47,593 nt of DNA, taken from Catajapyx aquilonaris (taxonomy: Eukaryota). The stretch covers positions 1 to 47,593 of the forward strand of contig JYFJ02002995.1 in NCBI GenBank assembly GCA_000934665.2, in the 5' to 3' direction. The translations under genes were made by a program, and so were the position numbers. Numbering within the stretch: the stretch's first letter is position 1; each line of letters begins with the position of its first letter. Of the stretch, positions 23,686 through 36,035 are shown in pieces. The notes under the pieces were generated by a model, which had not been told where the DNA came from, made no database searches, and saw only the letters and a list, made by a program, of their open reading frames with translations.

Positions 23686-24645
23686 CTGAGAAGTAAAAGA
23701 CATTTACACGCTTGTTGCAGAAAGCCCTCTACACGTAATATTAGAACCTCCGGGATGCATTAATTCTCATCGAGTGAGACGCAGCTTCCAACATCGTCAG
23801 GATACTCATTACATGCATTTTGGAGATTCACGACAAGTAAAATGCTACTTGTAAACAAGAGAAAAGAACCACCACCTGTCATGCAGTTAACAGTGTTTCA
23901 AAATGTCTGAATCGGTTACTTGGGTACGCCCAGGGTAATGCTACGTACAAAAGTGCAGCAAAACATGCCTCGCAGTGAAGAGTTGGTGATAAATTCTACA
24001 CTTAAAAATACTTACTCCGAAGTTATTAATTTTCCCTCTTACATGTTTCACATGCAACAAAAAATAGAAAAGTGCACAGAAAAATCATACGTGTTCACCT
24101 GAAGGCCCAGCAGCAACGTACTACAATTATTTGAGCCAGAGCTGTAGACATGTCCGCATGGTTTCAAATGAACTCGGTACTTTTCCAAACCCAGTTCGAT
24201 TAGTCATCCTTTATACAAACATGCCTAAAGGAAAAGGACACCCAAACAAAATGGTGTTGATTTCATTCCTTCGTTTTTTTTTATTCATCAAAAGTACAAA
24301 CGGCCATTTCAGATCAAAATAAAATAATAAAAAAACAGAAAATATTACGTGGCCCTTTTCCAAATGCAACAATATCAGATCCGAATAATGATATGACCAT
24401 AACACATATCTAACTGTGCGTATGCTACTCTTGTTCTCTGCATATGCCACATCATGACGCAAAAAAAAAAAATGAACGGCCAATATTGTTATGTTGCAGA
24501 GTCCATTCCTGGCAGATCGCTTTTTTTTCTTTTGACTAACCCTGAGAAATACAAGCACGGAATGGCCCCCTACAATTCACATTGGACTAATACGATTACG
24601 CACCGAATATATTGGAAAAAAAACAACCCTGAATAATAGCATTTG

Positions 24646-24751
24646 CCATATTTGACGGCATATAAGACGGCACCCGTATTTCAAGATTAAAAATCTTTCG
24701 CATTGCCATTTTTTGTGGGGATAATTGCGTCTTACGTGCCGTCAACTTCGG
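24646..24751. mobile_element. Second copy of the Tc2/pogo-like MITE, in the 3' UTR of module A
   Basis: CCATATTTGACGGCATATAAGACG...CGTCTTACGTGCCGTCAACTTCGG-TA; same TIR as 911-1064. Confidence 0.65.
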
Positions 24752-24804
24752 TAATTGGAAGAGCACATGGCGCATAAATGCTTGAGATACTGAGCCGTAC
24801 TTTT

Positions 24805-26148
24805 CTACATACTTTCCACCACACCCGGATGAGCCTTCATGTGCTGCTGCAAATCAGACACATCGGAAAAACTCATCTTGCATAGGACGCAAGAGAAAAC
24901 TTCGTGTAGTCGCATGTGCTTAATCAGTCTCATCCGACGAGGAAACCCTTTGCCACACAAGTTGCAAGGAAACCGGTACTTTCCGGTGTGAATTTCAAAG
25001 TGAGTCCGCAGGCTAGGCTTTTGCGTAAAACTCTTTCCGCATACATGGCATGGAAATTTCTTTTTTCCTTCACACGATCGCAATGGTTGAGTCGTGATTT
25101 TAACCCCTTTCTTGGGCACCGCTACATTTCCATGTAGTTCCATGTGCTTAATCAGTCTGGCTTTACGAGCAAACCCTTTCTTACAGATCTTGCAAGTGAA
25201 CTCGTATTCTCCGGTGTGAACTGAAAAGTGAGTATTCAGGTCACTTCTTTGTTTAAAACCTTTACCGCATCGAGTGCATGAAAATGGCCTTCCAGAAGTT
25301 TGCAATCGTCGATTAAAGTTTCCGCCTATTTTGCGCACAGCATGTCGGCCTACTGCCATGTGCTTCACAAGGTAGCACTCGCGAGTAAACCCTTTATGAC
25401 ACACCTTGCAAGAATACGCGTATTCTCCAGCGTGAAGTCGACGGTGTCTGATCATGTTACCCTTTTTAGTGAAACATTTTCCACATACATTGCATGGAAA
25501 TGAATTTCCCCCTCCACGAGTTTGCAATTGTCGACTCATGTTTTTCTTGACTCCTGTTTTCGGCACAGGACGATTCTCATGTCGGCCTACTGCCACGTGG
25601 TTCTCCAGGTAGCTCCTGCGACCTAATTTGCACATGTCCTGATGTTGGCTTGTTGCCAAGTGCTTTGCCAGGTAGGAGCTATGAGTAAACCCTCTATGAC
25701 ACGACTTGCAAGAATACCGGTATTCTCCCGTGTGAAATGAAAGGTGAATGCCCAAGTTCCACTTTGTGGTGTAACGCTTTCCGCATACATCGCATGGAAA
25801 TAGCCTTTTCCCGCCACATCGTCGACTCGCAGTTTTCTTAACCCCTTTTTTGGGCACTGCAAGAGACCATTTTCCCTTGCAGTGCAGTTTGTAATGCGTA
25901 TACAAAGATCTCTTGTGCTTGAACAAATTGTTGCAGACCATGCACGTAAAAGATGCTTCACGTTCGTGAACAAACATGTGAGCCGTTAAATAGCGTTTCG
26001 TCTGAAACGTTTTGTGGCATACGTTACAACCGAATGGTCTCCCGTTTACAGGCGTTCCCTGACAATTATCCGGGCCGGTTTGCAACTGAGGTTCTTCCTG
26101 AGGTACTGAACGTCCAGGCAGTGCGCTGGTTCCAGTGTCCAGTTCCTC
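24805..26148 (-). CDS. C2H2 ZF terminal module A (single exon; 11 fingers, mostly in pairs separated by basic linkers)
   Basis: Phase-0 acceptor CCTTTCAG|GAGGAA; the first in-frame ATG after the acceptor falls inside finger 1; AATAAA cassette at 24285-24280. Confidence 0.85.
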   Translation of the reverse strand, partial: EELDTGTSALPGRSVPQEEPQLQTGPDNCQGTPVNGRPFGCNVCHKTFQTKRYLTAHMFVHEREASFTCMVCNNLFKHKRSLYTHYKLHCKGKWSLAVPKKGVKKTASRRCGGKRLFPCDVCGKRYTTKWNLGIHLSFHTGEYRYSCKSCHRGFTHSSYLAKHLATSQHQDMCKLGRRSYLENHVAVGRHENRPVPKTGVKKNMSRQLQTRGGGNSFPCNVCGKCFTKKGNMIRHRRLHAGEYAYSCKVCHKGFTRECYLVKHMAVGRHAVRKIGGNFNRRLQTSGRPFSCTRCGKGFKQRSDLNTHFSVHTGEYEFTCKICKKGFARKARLIKHMELHGNVAVPKKGVKITTQPLRSCEGKKKFPCHVCGKSFTQKPSLRTHFEIHTGKYRFPCNLCGKGFPRRMRLIKHMRLHEVFSCVLCKMSFSDVSDLQQHMKAHPGVVESM

Positions 26149-26854
26149 CTGAAAGGTGAAAATTACACATGCACACTAAAACCAAAACTGTTTCAATTCA
26201 GTGTCAAACAAATGCAGCTTTGATCTTTGCCTCAATGTATCATTTACGAGTATAATCATGCAACTTCTCATCCCCAGAAAGTGAATTAAGCTCCGGTTCG
26301 GATACGTTGCACGGCAAATGGATTTCCTTGCTTAAAATCTGTACGTAATACATTTTACAAACCGGCCACTGTTTGCTCCTGGACTCAAAAATTCAAACCG
26401 TAATCTGCTGACGTCTAGCGTCAAACTTTCAACAACAACAAAGTGTCATGGTTCCTTTTTTCCCGCGGCAAACATGTTCACGGACTACATTCAGAACTGA
26501 TAACAATCAAAGTGAAGTGACATGGAAAATGCAAAGTCTAAGTACAACTTGCACACCAAACTGCAATGAAAATATACCATCACCTTTCTCTTTAGTACCA
26601 ACTCTTCACTTGCAAACTACTTGGTGCTCTAAATGCTACGGCTACTAGTTAAGTGCACACGGAAATGTGAGCTACACATGCAATATTCTGTAACTCCTGC
26701 GTACAAAATTGGGCAAAAATATTTGAATTTTTTAAAAAATTTTAAATGTGTGTTATATCACACAATATTCTATGAAAATGTATACGAATGTAATTATCGC
26801 AGTCCAATTTTGTTCCCCAAGCTGAAAATTAAAGTTGCGTTTCAGCGAGCTCAC

Positions 26855-29800
26855 CTCTTGTGTGAGTCCGGGAGGTTCCAACTTCTCATCCATTGGTGTG
26901 CTTGTACGGTCCGGCGGGTGTTCATGGTAAATGTCGAGTACGGGCATCTTCCCAGGTGTCACTTCAGCTTCTCCGAGTTCACCTTGTCGCACATCTGGTC
27001 TCGGGGTCGCAGCTTCACCTGATTTCTCAACTGCAGAGGATGCAGTCCTTGTTGCCTGCCGAGTTCTCCCTCGTTGAAGCTTCGCCGGTTGCTCCTGGGT
27101 TGGCTTCTCCTGGGCGGAACATCCATCAGAGCTGGTCTCATGGCCAGGCGCACATCCGCCGTTTCCATCTGTCGCAGCCACACCGCCATTCTGCTTCAGC
27201 AAGTTCAAAGCATACAATTAGTAAACCAACCTACAAAAATTTTATAAGACATTTCTCTCACCTGCTTTTCAACTTCCTCGGGGTGCTTTTCCAGCTGGTG
27301 CTGATCCAACTCTGCTTTCGCGGTGAATGCGTCATCGCAGAGTGCACACAGCCAAAGCTGTGCCAGTTTAATGACCGGTTCCATCGCCTGCTAATAGTGA
27401 AGAAGTGTTACACAATCGCATGTAACGGCAAATTTTATTGAAACTTTACCTCTGGCGGTTCGGGGCTCTCTTTGCGTCCATTCGGCTGGGATTTAACGCT
27501 CTCTTGGTCCGATTCGGATTCCACACGTAGCTTACGAGGTCGTCCTCTCCTTCCGGATCCTCTAGGACCCTTCGCCTGATTCATAGCGTCTGCTTGTTTT
27601 TCTCCTAAATCTGCGTTTGGTGTTTGAGCATCTGACTTAAATCTCTTTGGTGGGCCGTTGTCTTGAGCTTTCTTCTCGGTTGAATTCTGAGCCTGTTCTC
27701 TCTTCTTCCTGCCAGGTGGGTTCTTCTTCTGGTTCCCGACATTTGCGCGATTCGCAGGCGGAACCAGCGTGATAGTCAACTGATCCGAAACTTGTTGTTG
27801 CTGAGTCTGATCCTTCTTCTCCTTCACCATTCGAAACCGTTTCAGCTGCTCCAGAAGACTTCCTTGTGTTTCTGACAGGTCCATCCTGGTCATTTCATTA
27901 TCCTCGGCATCTTCCATCACACTTCCCGATCCATTCTGCTCATCTTCTTCATCCGATGCCATTTCGGAAGAATCCAACTGCACATCAGCAGTTGAAACTT
28001 CATCATCTCCCACGCCTTGTTGACTTAGCTCCGCAGCCTCCGTGCCCGATGTGGCTGCTCCTGATTCTTCCTCATGAGGCGACTAAAAATAGACAATTAT
28101 TATCGCAATGAGTGGAATCCCTTTTTAACTTGTAGAAATAAACGCAAATAAATCTACCAAAATCAGGTACATTGTCGCAAGATGTCTGATTCAAATAATT
28201 GTACATTATGTACATTAAACACGGTATTAATCATTGTGAGACTTAACAGATCGAAAAATGTTGACAAACTAATAAAAAACGTGGCTGTTATAGTAATTAA
28301 ATGCCGCTGAATCGCACGAGAGATAGACAGCGCACCATGCGCTTCAGCCCTGCTAAATGGCGGCCCTGGTCTACTCAATCTTAGACCTTGCCGTAAACCA
28401 TTTTCAGCCAAGTTTTATTACCTTGCACACAGAGCTGCATTTCCTTTGTTCGCCCTCCTACATCCTCTCATGTACCCCGCCTTTTTTCTTATCAACATGT
28501 AAACCAGAGAGCTGTAGCTCCGTCCCACTCCAAAGAAGCAAACAATCCATATCTTTCTTCCCTTATCTTGCCCTTGAACTGCGGACTTCCATTACCCCCG
28601 CTCATATTGCTGCCTCCTTGCATTACACAAATGGTCATGATGCTGCCTGCATCCACATCTCAACTTTGAGATGTCCAACATGTGCTTTAAAATATTTTAG
28701 AAGATTCACCAAATATTGCTAACTATTACGTACTTTTCAATTGGCAATTCCCTAACGACATAGATTGGCCAAAACCAGTACGAAGGTACTGCTATAACAT
28801 TTCTTGCAAGGAGCTGCCTCTTTGTACCCACCCAACCCGCAATAAGGTGCGTGGAATCTACGGAACTGTATCGTTAGAATATCCAGTACCGTATCGGCAG
28901 GGAGCTCACCTAACCCGCAATAGTATCGATCAGTGCGATAACCTTTGGTATACAACATGGCCGTAGCAGAGCGGAATCGGAAAATGGGATGCTGCGCATA
29001 TGATTAAAATGTCTAACTTCTGTTCTACACGGTTGTTTGAGCTCAAATTTTCCGTCACTCGGAAAAGTCAGAACTAGGTCCCTATGCACTTATGGGTCTG
29101 TCACACAGGCGTTCCGTTCGCTCGCCCCGAAAAATGTCGCTGCGATCGCTGTGCCCAAACTTGTCAGACATGCGCCGACTCGGGCGTAGGATTAACCAGG
29201 AAAAGTGAAAGGCGACCTCGCCTCGGGGGACAAGTGGGTCATGATGGCAGGGGTGGTTGGGGTGGGCAGCTGGCGGGAAAAGGTCTCGGCCAATTGGAGC
29301 CCGACGAGCCTCTTGAGGTAAACGCAGCGAGGGCCTCTTGACTCTCTGCGTCACCCCCAATATCCCCCAATTTCCATGGGCAAAGAGAGAAAAGTCCCGC
29401 CTCTGCACATGTAACGCCGCCATTTTGATGGCAGGCCACGTTTGGCCACGAGACGCGCGCAACTGGAAATTGGTCAATTACCCCACTCAATTGTTGGCTC
29501 CAAACTATCGGTTCAATCACAATATTAATCGCCGTGCAAGTCGCTCACTTGTAAATGAGGCGGCGTACATTGTCCGGAAAAATGTGTTTTCTTACTTGAC
29601 TTGGTTGGGCCAAATATTCAGCCTCGTTTTCTTTGACTGCTGCACCTTCATAGGCCTGGGAACATTCAGGCTCTTGGCTGCCCTGGGAATATTCAGGCTC
29701 TTGGTTGACCTGCGAATCTTCCTCCATGTTCCCAGCGTCCGGCTCATCGAGTGGAATGGGGTCGTCCTCCGCTAGCGGTATCTGCAGGAATGTTCCGCAT

Positions 29801-30114
29801 GCGTCGAATGCCATTAGGAGATCCTTCAGGTCCGGTACAGTCCGGAACGCCAGGGTGACTTCTCCGAGGTAGAGCAAGTGGACGAACCTCTTCAGCGTGG
29901 AGGTATCGAAGTGGGGCAGGCTGATGCACACTTCCTCCTGGCCATTGTCAAGCAGGCCCTGCATGAACGGCGAGCAGGCAGCCAGCACCAGCTTGTGCGC
30001 CTTCACGCACCCGTCCGACCCCAGCATGCGGACGTCCTTGCTGGCCTTGTCCAGCAGAAGCGGGCCGAACAGCGTCCGCACATCGAACGTCTTGTCCCGA
30101 AGCGACAGAGCCAT
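26855..30114 (-). CDS. Common 5' region of a BTB-ZF gene: BTB/POZ exon, acidic exon with AT-hook, single C2H2 exon, linker exon
   Basis: Kozak GCAACCATGG at 30114. Exons 30114-29596 (AHKLVLAACSPF...YLGEV, tramtrack-like BTB), 28082-27450 (RRGRPRK AT-hook), 27387-27262 (CALCDDAFTAKAELDQHQLEKH) and 27190-26855. All junctions are phase 0 with no stop codon; the region ends in donor GAG|GTGAGC. Confidence 0.88.
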
Positions 30115-30591
30115 GGTTGCCGCCTCCCTGAAAACCCCCTTTGTGTTAATTACTTCCCCCTAAATTTTGACTTCCTGGAACATCATCTGGTTCTAAAGCC
30201 CCCACCTTTTCTTCTCTGGAAGGCCCCCAACCAGTGATGGTGGCCACCAGGAAGGACCTTAGGCTTCTTCTTCCTCTTCAGATGCGGGCCATTTGGGGCG
30301 TGGAACGGTCGCAGCTTCGCACGGAAAGAACAATGGAATGGACCGAATGGAATATGGCAGACGCTGTGGGAGTCGGCGGGAGGGGGAGGGGGAGAGGGAA
30401 GGGCGCTGCTGTAGAGTGGGTAGAGGCGACATCTAGGCCGCATTGAAACGACAAAAAACATGCACAGTAATTAACAATCAGGCAATTAAACGCACTATCT
30501 GACATTTAGTAGCCATAATTGCTAAATTTAGTGATAAAATGTTTAAATTCGGAATTAATTTGGCGTGTTCCATCATGGGCATCAGAAGAAG

Positions 30592-30668
30592 CCAATCAGA
30601 TGGCGGATCTGGATGTAACGGACCAATCACGGTAAGCGTCATTTGTAGCGCAAGCGCAGTTTCATTGG
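30592..30668. promoter_or_regulatory. Probable promoter of the BTB-ZF gene
   Basis: CCAAT at 30592 and 30623, ATTGG at 30664, YY1-like AGATGGCGG at 30598; next to a GC-rich 5' region and a 5'-UTR acceptor at 30128. Confidence 0.45.
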
Positions 30669-31534
30669 TGTGACTGGCAGATGTAAATCATGAAGGGTGG
30701 ACCGGGAAATACAAAAAAAAAATGTACTATCTAATTATGTAATATATTTTCAACGTCTTTTTTTATACATACACTTCAACTTGAGAACCTGAGAAATTCC
30801 AGGAGATATGGCTCAATCCTATGTAATATTCTTGACGAATCATGATGTAACGATGACAGAATATGTGCGCAAAATATCACGAACCAATTGGGCAGTACAT
30901 CCCTTGATCTGTCTCATACTGGGATATACTTTGTGGCACTCGCAGTACATGAAGCTGTAAACATGTTCTGGAAATGTGCATTCATTACGCATCACTGTCT
31001 TATTTTTGTGTACAGTTTTTGCCGAAGTGAGAGGGACTACGAAATCTGAGGCTGAAAGTGAAGAGACGCTTTTGGCAAAAGTATAGTGTCCAGGAGAGCA
31101 GTCGACTGGTCAACTGCACCTCGGCCATCTTGCACGATGGACGAGTACTGGACAATGGTCTGGAGAAACTAATCACTAGCAGGATGTTTAAGCTGTCAGG
31201 ATCTGTCATTATACTGAGCTTCATACAGCAGTGCTGCCAATATATTTTTTCCACACCATGTCCCGGCTCGAATTTTTGGTGCCGAATTATCTACTTTCTG
31301 TCCTAGTTTTAGTACAGGTGCCAGCTAATATTACTTTCTTGTTCCTTTGACGATCCTTTGTGAAGAAAATATCTATGCCCTGTCCTACTTCCTAGAAAAT
31401 ATTTATGCTGAATGAGTCTCCAACAAAATCAGACAGGTAGCCTACTGTCACGGTATATGTTTTTATTGCGAATTCATCTCAATGATTCACATAAGTTTAA
31501 TCATCCTACCGAAATGCATAGTACTGTACTCATC

Positions 31535-31696
31535 ATTCACAGCCGCACAGAGATCTCAATGTTGCATGAGTCAGGTACACATAAGATTTTATAACTATGA
31601 CAAAGGCCAAATATTCGCACCGGTTACAACGTTAGTGCTCGAGATCAAATACTTATCACAGTACATCTTTAACAACAACTCACATGCAAACTATCA
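31535..31696. repeat. Direct repeat copy 1 (copy 2 at 36607-36761); upstream flank of each BTB gene copy
   Basis: Shared ATTCACAGCCG.ACAGAGATCTCA...CATGAGTCAGGTACACATAAGATTTTATAACTATG...CTTATCACAGTACATCTTTAACAACAA. Confidence 0.8.
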
Positions 31697-32153
31697 AGTA
31701 ACAGATCCCAGATGGGCTGAACTTATTATTACTCTCGGAGCAACTTTTTCCTTTATATTTTATGCATCACGATTGAATAATTGAAATTAATACCCCGTGA
31801 TAGGGTCCTCTTATGGGGAGGAATGGGAGGGTGCTCTTAAAGACCCTCTTAAAAACAAACAAACAAAAAAAAACGTTGATTCCTGTTGAGATACAGTACA
31901 CAGAATAAAAATTAAAAAAATAACCCAAGGCTGGCTTCATAGACCCCCTGCCCCCCCAAGAATAATCCTGCTTACAGCCATGGTGTAAATGTCAACGACC
32001 ATCCCGGAAGAATCCAATCGGATGCACCGTTATGGAGTCAGGTGATATTCGGTGCCCTGCACGTACTGTTTACAATTTAAATAAACCTCACCGGAGAGGG
32101 TTTCGAAAGGGAGCAATATTATAAAATATGATTTGAAAAGTAGAGGAGACAGG

Positions 32154-35100
32154 CTATGCGGTAGGCCTACTTAACTCCCACTGAGCCAAAATATTGCTTA
32201 TGGTCAAGATGTGGGCATTCAACTTGCTTCTCCTCTTGGACGTTTCGTGGCACTCTCTACAAGGAAACAATTTCTCATTTACGTCAGTTCCCTGACAATT
32301 ATCCGGGATGGTGTGCAACCTAGGTGCTTCCTGAGGTCCAGGCAGTGTGCTGGTTACAGTGTCCTGTTCCTCCTGAAAAGTGAGAATTACACATACATAT
32401 TAAAACCAAGTTCTAAGCATAAAGAAGTTAGTATATAAAAGACATTTCTCTTACCTGGTCTTGAACTTCTTCAAAGCACTTTTCCAGCTCATGTTGATAC
32501 AACTCTTCATTCGTTGCGACTAGGCAGCCGCAGTGAGTGCACAGAAGTTCCGCAAGTGGTTCCATTGCCTGCTGATAAGAAAAGGAGATGAGTTACACAA
32601 TGACTCGAACAGCTGATTTTATTGCAATTATACCTCTGGAGGTTCGGGATTCTCTTTGCGTCCATTCGGCTGCGATTCGACACTCTCTTGCACTGGTTCG
32701 TATTCTACACGTGGCTTACGAGGTCGTCCTCTCTTCACACATCCTCTAGGACTCTTCGACTGATTTCTAGCGACTGCTTCCTTTCCTCCCAAATTTGGGC
32801 TTGGAGTTTGCGCATCTGACTTAAAGCTCTTGGGTTGAGCTTTCTTTTGCTGAGGCTCATCCTTCTTCTCTCGCACCGTTTGAAACTGGTTCAGCTGCTC
32901 CAGACGACTTTCTGGTGTTTCTGAAAGGTCCACCCTAGTAATATCATCGGCGTGTTCCATCACAATTCCATGTCTAGTCAACTCGTCTTCACCATCCGCT
33001 TCCATTGCGGAAGAATTCAACTGCACCTCCACAGTTGAAACTTCATCATCGCCTACGTCTTGCCAACTTAGCTCCGATACTTCCTCCTGTGGTGACTAAA
33101 ACAAGAAATTATCGCTATGAGTGGAACCCGTTTTTAACTTGTCTGAATAAACTCATTTCAAATACAATCACGTAGAGAGATTTTGGTGAAACAAATCAGC
33201 TGCACACACACACATATATCGAAATGCTAAATATCACGTTTCAGGCATATTGCACATGGCGAGGTAAAATATTGCCAAAATATGAAAAGGACTGACAATA
33301 GAATTTATTGTCAGGGTCCAAATTCTTGTACACGAGTCAATAGCGAAATAATGCAGATTTTCAGATAAGGTCTTCCTAAAAATCTTGAAATCGTATATAT
33401 TTTTTAAAAATAAGCCTTAGCAGTAGAGTTCCCACAAAAATAATGAATGAGATCGTCCAATAAAATTTCACCTCTTGTGTGTGTCTGGCAGGTACCAACA
33501 TCTCATGCGTTGGTGTGCTTGAACTGTCTGGAGGCTGTTCCTGGTACATGTCGAGTATGAGCATCTCCGTCCCAACTGTCGCTTCTGCAGCTTGTTGCAC
33601 ATCAGGTCCCGAGGTCGCAGCTTCACCTCCAGAAGTTGGAGTCCTGGTTGACTGCCGAGATCTCCCTCGTCGAAGCTTTGCTGGTTGCTCCTGGGTGGAG
33701 GTAAACTTCTCCTGGGCAGAACATCCATTGGAGTTGATCCCATGGGAAGGTGAACTAGTGGAAGACGAGTGGGCAGATCCACCGTTTCCATCTGTCGCAG
33801 CAACGCCACCATTCTGCTTTGGCAAGTTCTATTAAGAAATAGGGAATCCTAAACTTACAGAAATTTTCGAAGACATTTCTCCCACCTGGTCTTGAACTTC
33901 TCCAGGGTGCTTTTCCAGCTCGTGTTGATCCAACTTGGCTTTCGTTGCGAATAGGTAGCCGCAGCGAGCGCACTGAAGTTCCATTGCCTGCTAATAAGTA
34001 AAGGAGAAGTGTTACACAGTGCCACTACCACCGGATTTTATTGAAACTTTACCTCTGGAGGTTCGAGATTCTCTTTGCGTCCATTCGGCTGGGATTCGAC
34101 ACTTTCTTGCTCCGGCTCAGTATCTATACGTGGCATACGAGGTCGTCCTCTCTGTGGCTTACGAGGTCGTCCTTTTCTTCGTCCACATCCTCTCTGTGGC
34201 TTACGAGGTTGTCCCTTCCTTTGTCCACATCCTCTCTTCGCCTGATTTCTAGCAACTGCTTGCTTTCCTCCCAAATCTTGCCTTGGAGTTTGCGCATCCA
34301 GCTTAAGTCTCTTGGCCGGGCTGCTGCCTTGAGCATTCTTCTCGGAAGAATCTGACTGCAGATTCTGAGCCTCTTCCCTCTTCTTCCCGGTAAGTGGCGT
34401 CTTCTTCTGGTTTCCAACATTCGCTTGATTCTCTGATGGAACCAACTGGTCCAGAACTTGCAGTTGCTGAGACTCATCCTTCTTCTCTTTCACTGTTTGA
34501 CATCGTTGCAGCACCTCAAGGAAACTGCTTTGTGTTTCTGACAAGTCCATCATGGTCATTTCATTATCCTCAGCATTTTCCATCACAATTACCGATCTAT
34601 TCTGCTCTTCTTCTTCATCCGTCGCCATTTCGGAAGAATCCAGCTGCACATAAGCAGTTGAATCTTCATCATCGCCCATGCTTCGTTGACTTGGCTCTGC
34701 AGCCTGCGTGCAGGATGTGGCTGCTCCTGATACTTCCTCATGAGGCAACTAAAATACGACAATTATTATCGCAATGAGTGCAACCCATGTTTAACTTGTT
34801 TGAATAAACTGAAATAAATCTAACACAATCATGTCCAGAGCTGCTGTAAAGCAAGGTCTGGATTAAGTCAGCTTGATTAGTTTTTCAACATTTTTTGATC
34901 CTGAGGTCTTCAATTGTTTGGGGTGAATGGCTCACATGTAAATGCGACCTTATTGGGAGGAAGTTCTTACTTGACTTGGTCGGACGGGGGAATATTCCGC
35001 TTCGATGGCAGCCTCGTTTGGTGTAGCATCTGCGTCTCCTGGACCTTCGTTGGCCTGGGAATCTTCCAGCATAATCTCCATGTACCCAGCGTCCGGCTCA

Positions 35101-35351
35101 TGGTCTGCGACAGGAATCTCCAGCAACATTCCGCATGCGTCAAATGCCATTAGGAGATCCTTCAGGTCCGGTACAGTCCGGAACGCCAGGGTGACTTCTC
35201 CGAGGTAGAGCAAGTAGACGAACCTCTTCAGCGTGGACGTATCGAAGTGGGGCAGGCTGATGCACACTTCCTCCTGGCCATTGTCAAGCAGGCCCTGCAT
35301 GAACGGCGAGCAGGCAGCCAGCACTAGCTTGTGCGCCTTCACGCGCCTTCA
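32154..35351 (-). pseudogene. 5'-truncated duplicate of the BTB-ZF common region with internally duplicated exons and a truncated module-A-like end
   Basis: Exons (about 35342)-34971, 34748-34053, 33987-33886, 33813-33472, 33095-32634, 32568-32455 and 32372-32154, all open and phase 0. The BTB lacks its first 36 or so codons and its ATG, with an in-frame TGA just upstream. May still be expressed. Confidence 0.65.
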
Positions 35352-36035
35352 CGGGGGGCGGGGGGGATTCCAGTATTTCACATGCCCCGGATGTCAGCTA
35401 GCCCAAAGGTCAGCATCCCAGAGGAATCAGACGTAATGCCAGGGGTCAAAGTTATTTGCACTCCAGACGTTCACCTAGACTAGAGTCTTCCTTTATTACT
35501 TATTTTTTAATTACTGGGTTCAGCCATGTTAAAAAGCAGGACCGACTCGAGTGCACACTTTGCATTCCAAGGCTCAGTTTGGAGTGCAGACTTCAAAGTA
35601 GCAATAACACTAATAATATTTTGGAGTGCAAATAGCACCTTTGCATCCAAATATTTCGACCCCTGCATTATTGTGAGCCCAATAATAACTAGCATTTGGG
35701 CTGCTTCCAACACCCTTTTTACTATCCTTTACTATTAATTTGAAATTGGAGGGTTTAGATTTCTTCTTCCACCTCCTCCTTTGTTGAAGTAGTAGTTATG
35801 ACTTATCACTACACTCTTCTTGAGATGCTTTCTTACAGTAGTGAATGATTCAAGGTTAAACTGGTTTCCATTCTTGTGTAGGTTCGACAACTTGTCAGTG
35901 GCAGGGTGCACAGGGGTGCGATTATGATGCAAGGTGAGCCACAGAGGGAACCTACAGTGGGAACAAGTCCCACTTACTAACACTGGGTCACCATGGGGTT
36001 TACAAAGTAAGATTCGAAGTATTGAACCCTGCTTT

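Noticed and set aside
7889..24300. CRISPR-like array from the regularly recurring 60-nt block
   Set aside because: Eukaryotic context; copies are 1.3-2.6 kb apart and separated by coding modules; they are poly(A) cassettes.
35440..35665. hAT-like MITE with CAGGGGTC termini
   Set aside because: Inverted similarity exists but is gapped and has no 8-bp target duplication; not enough support.
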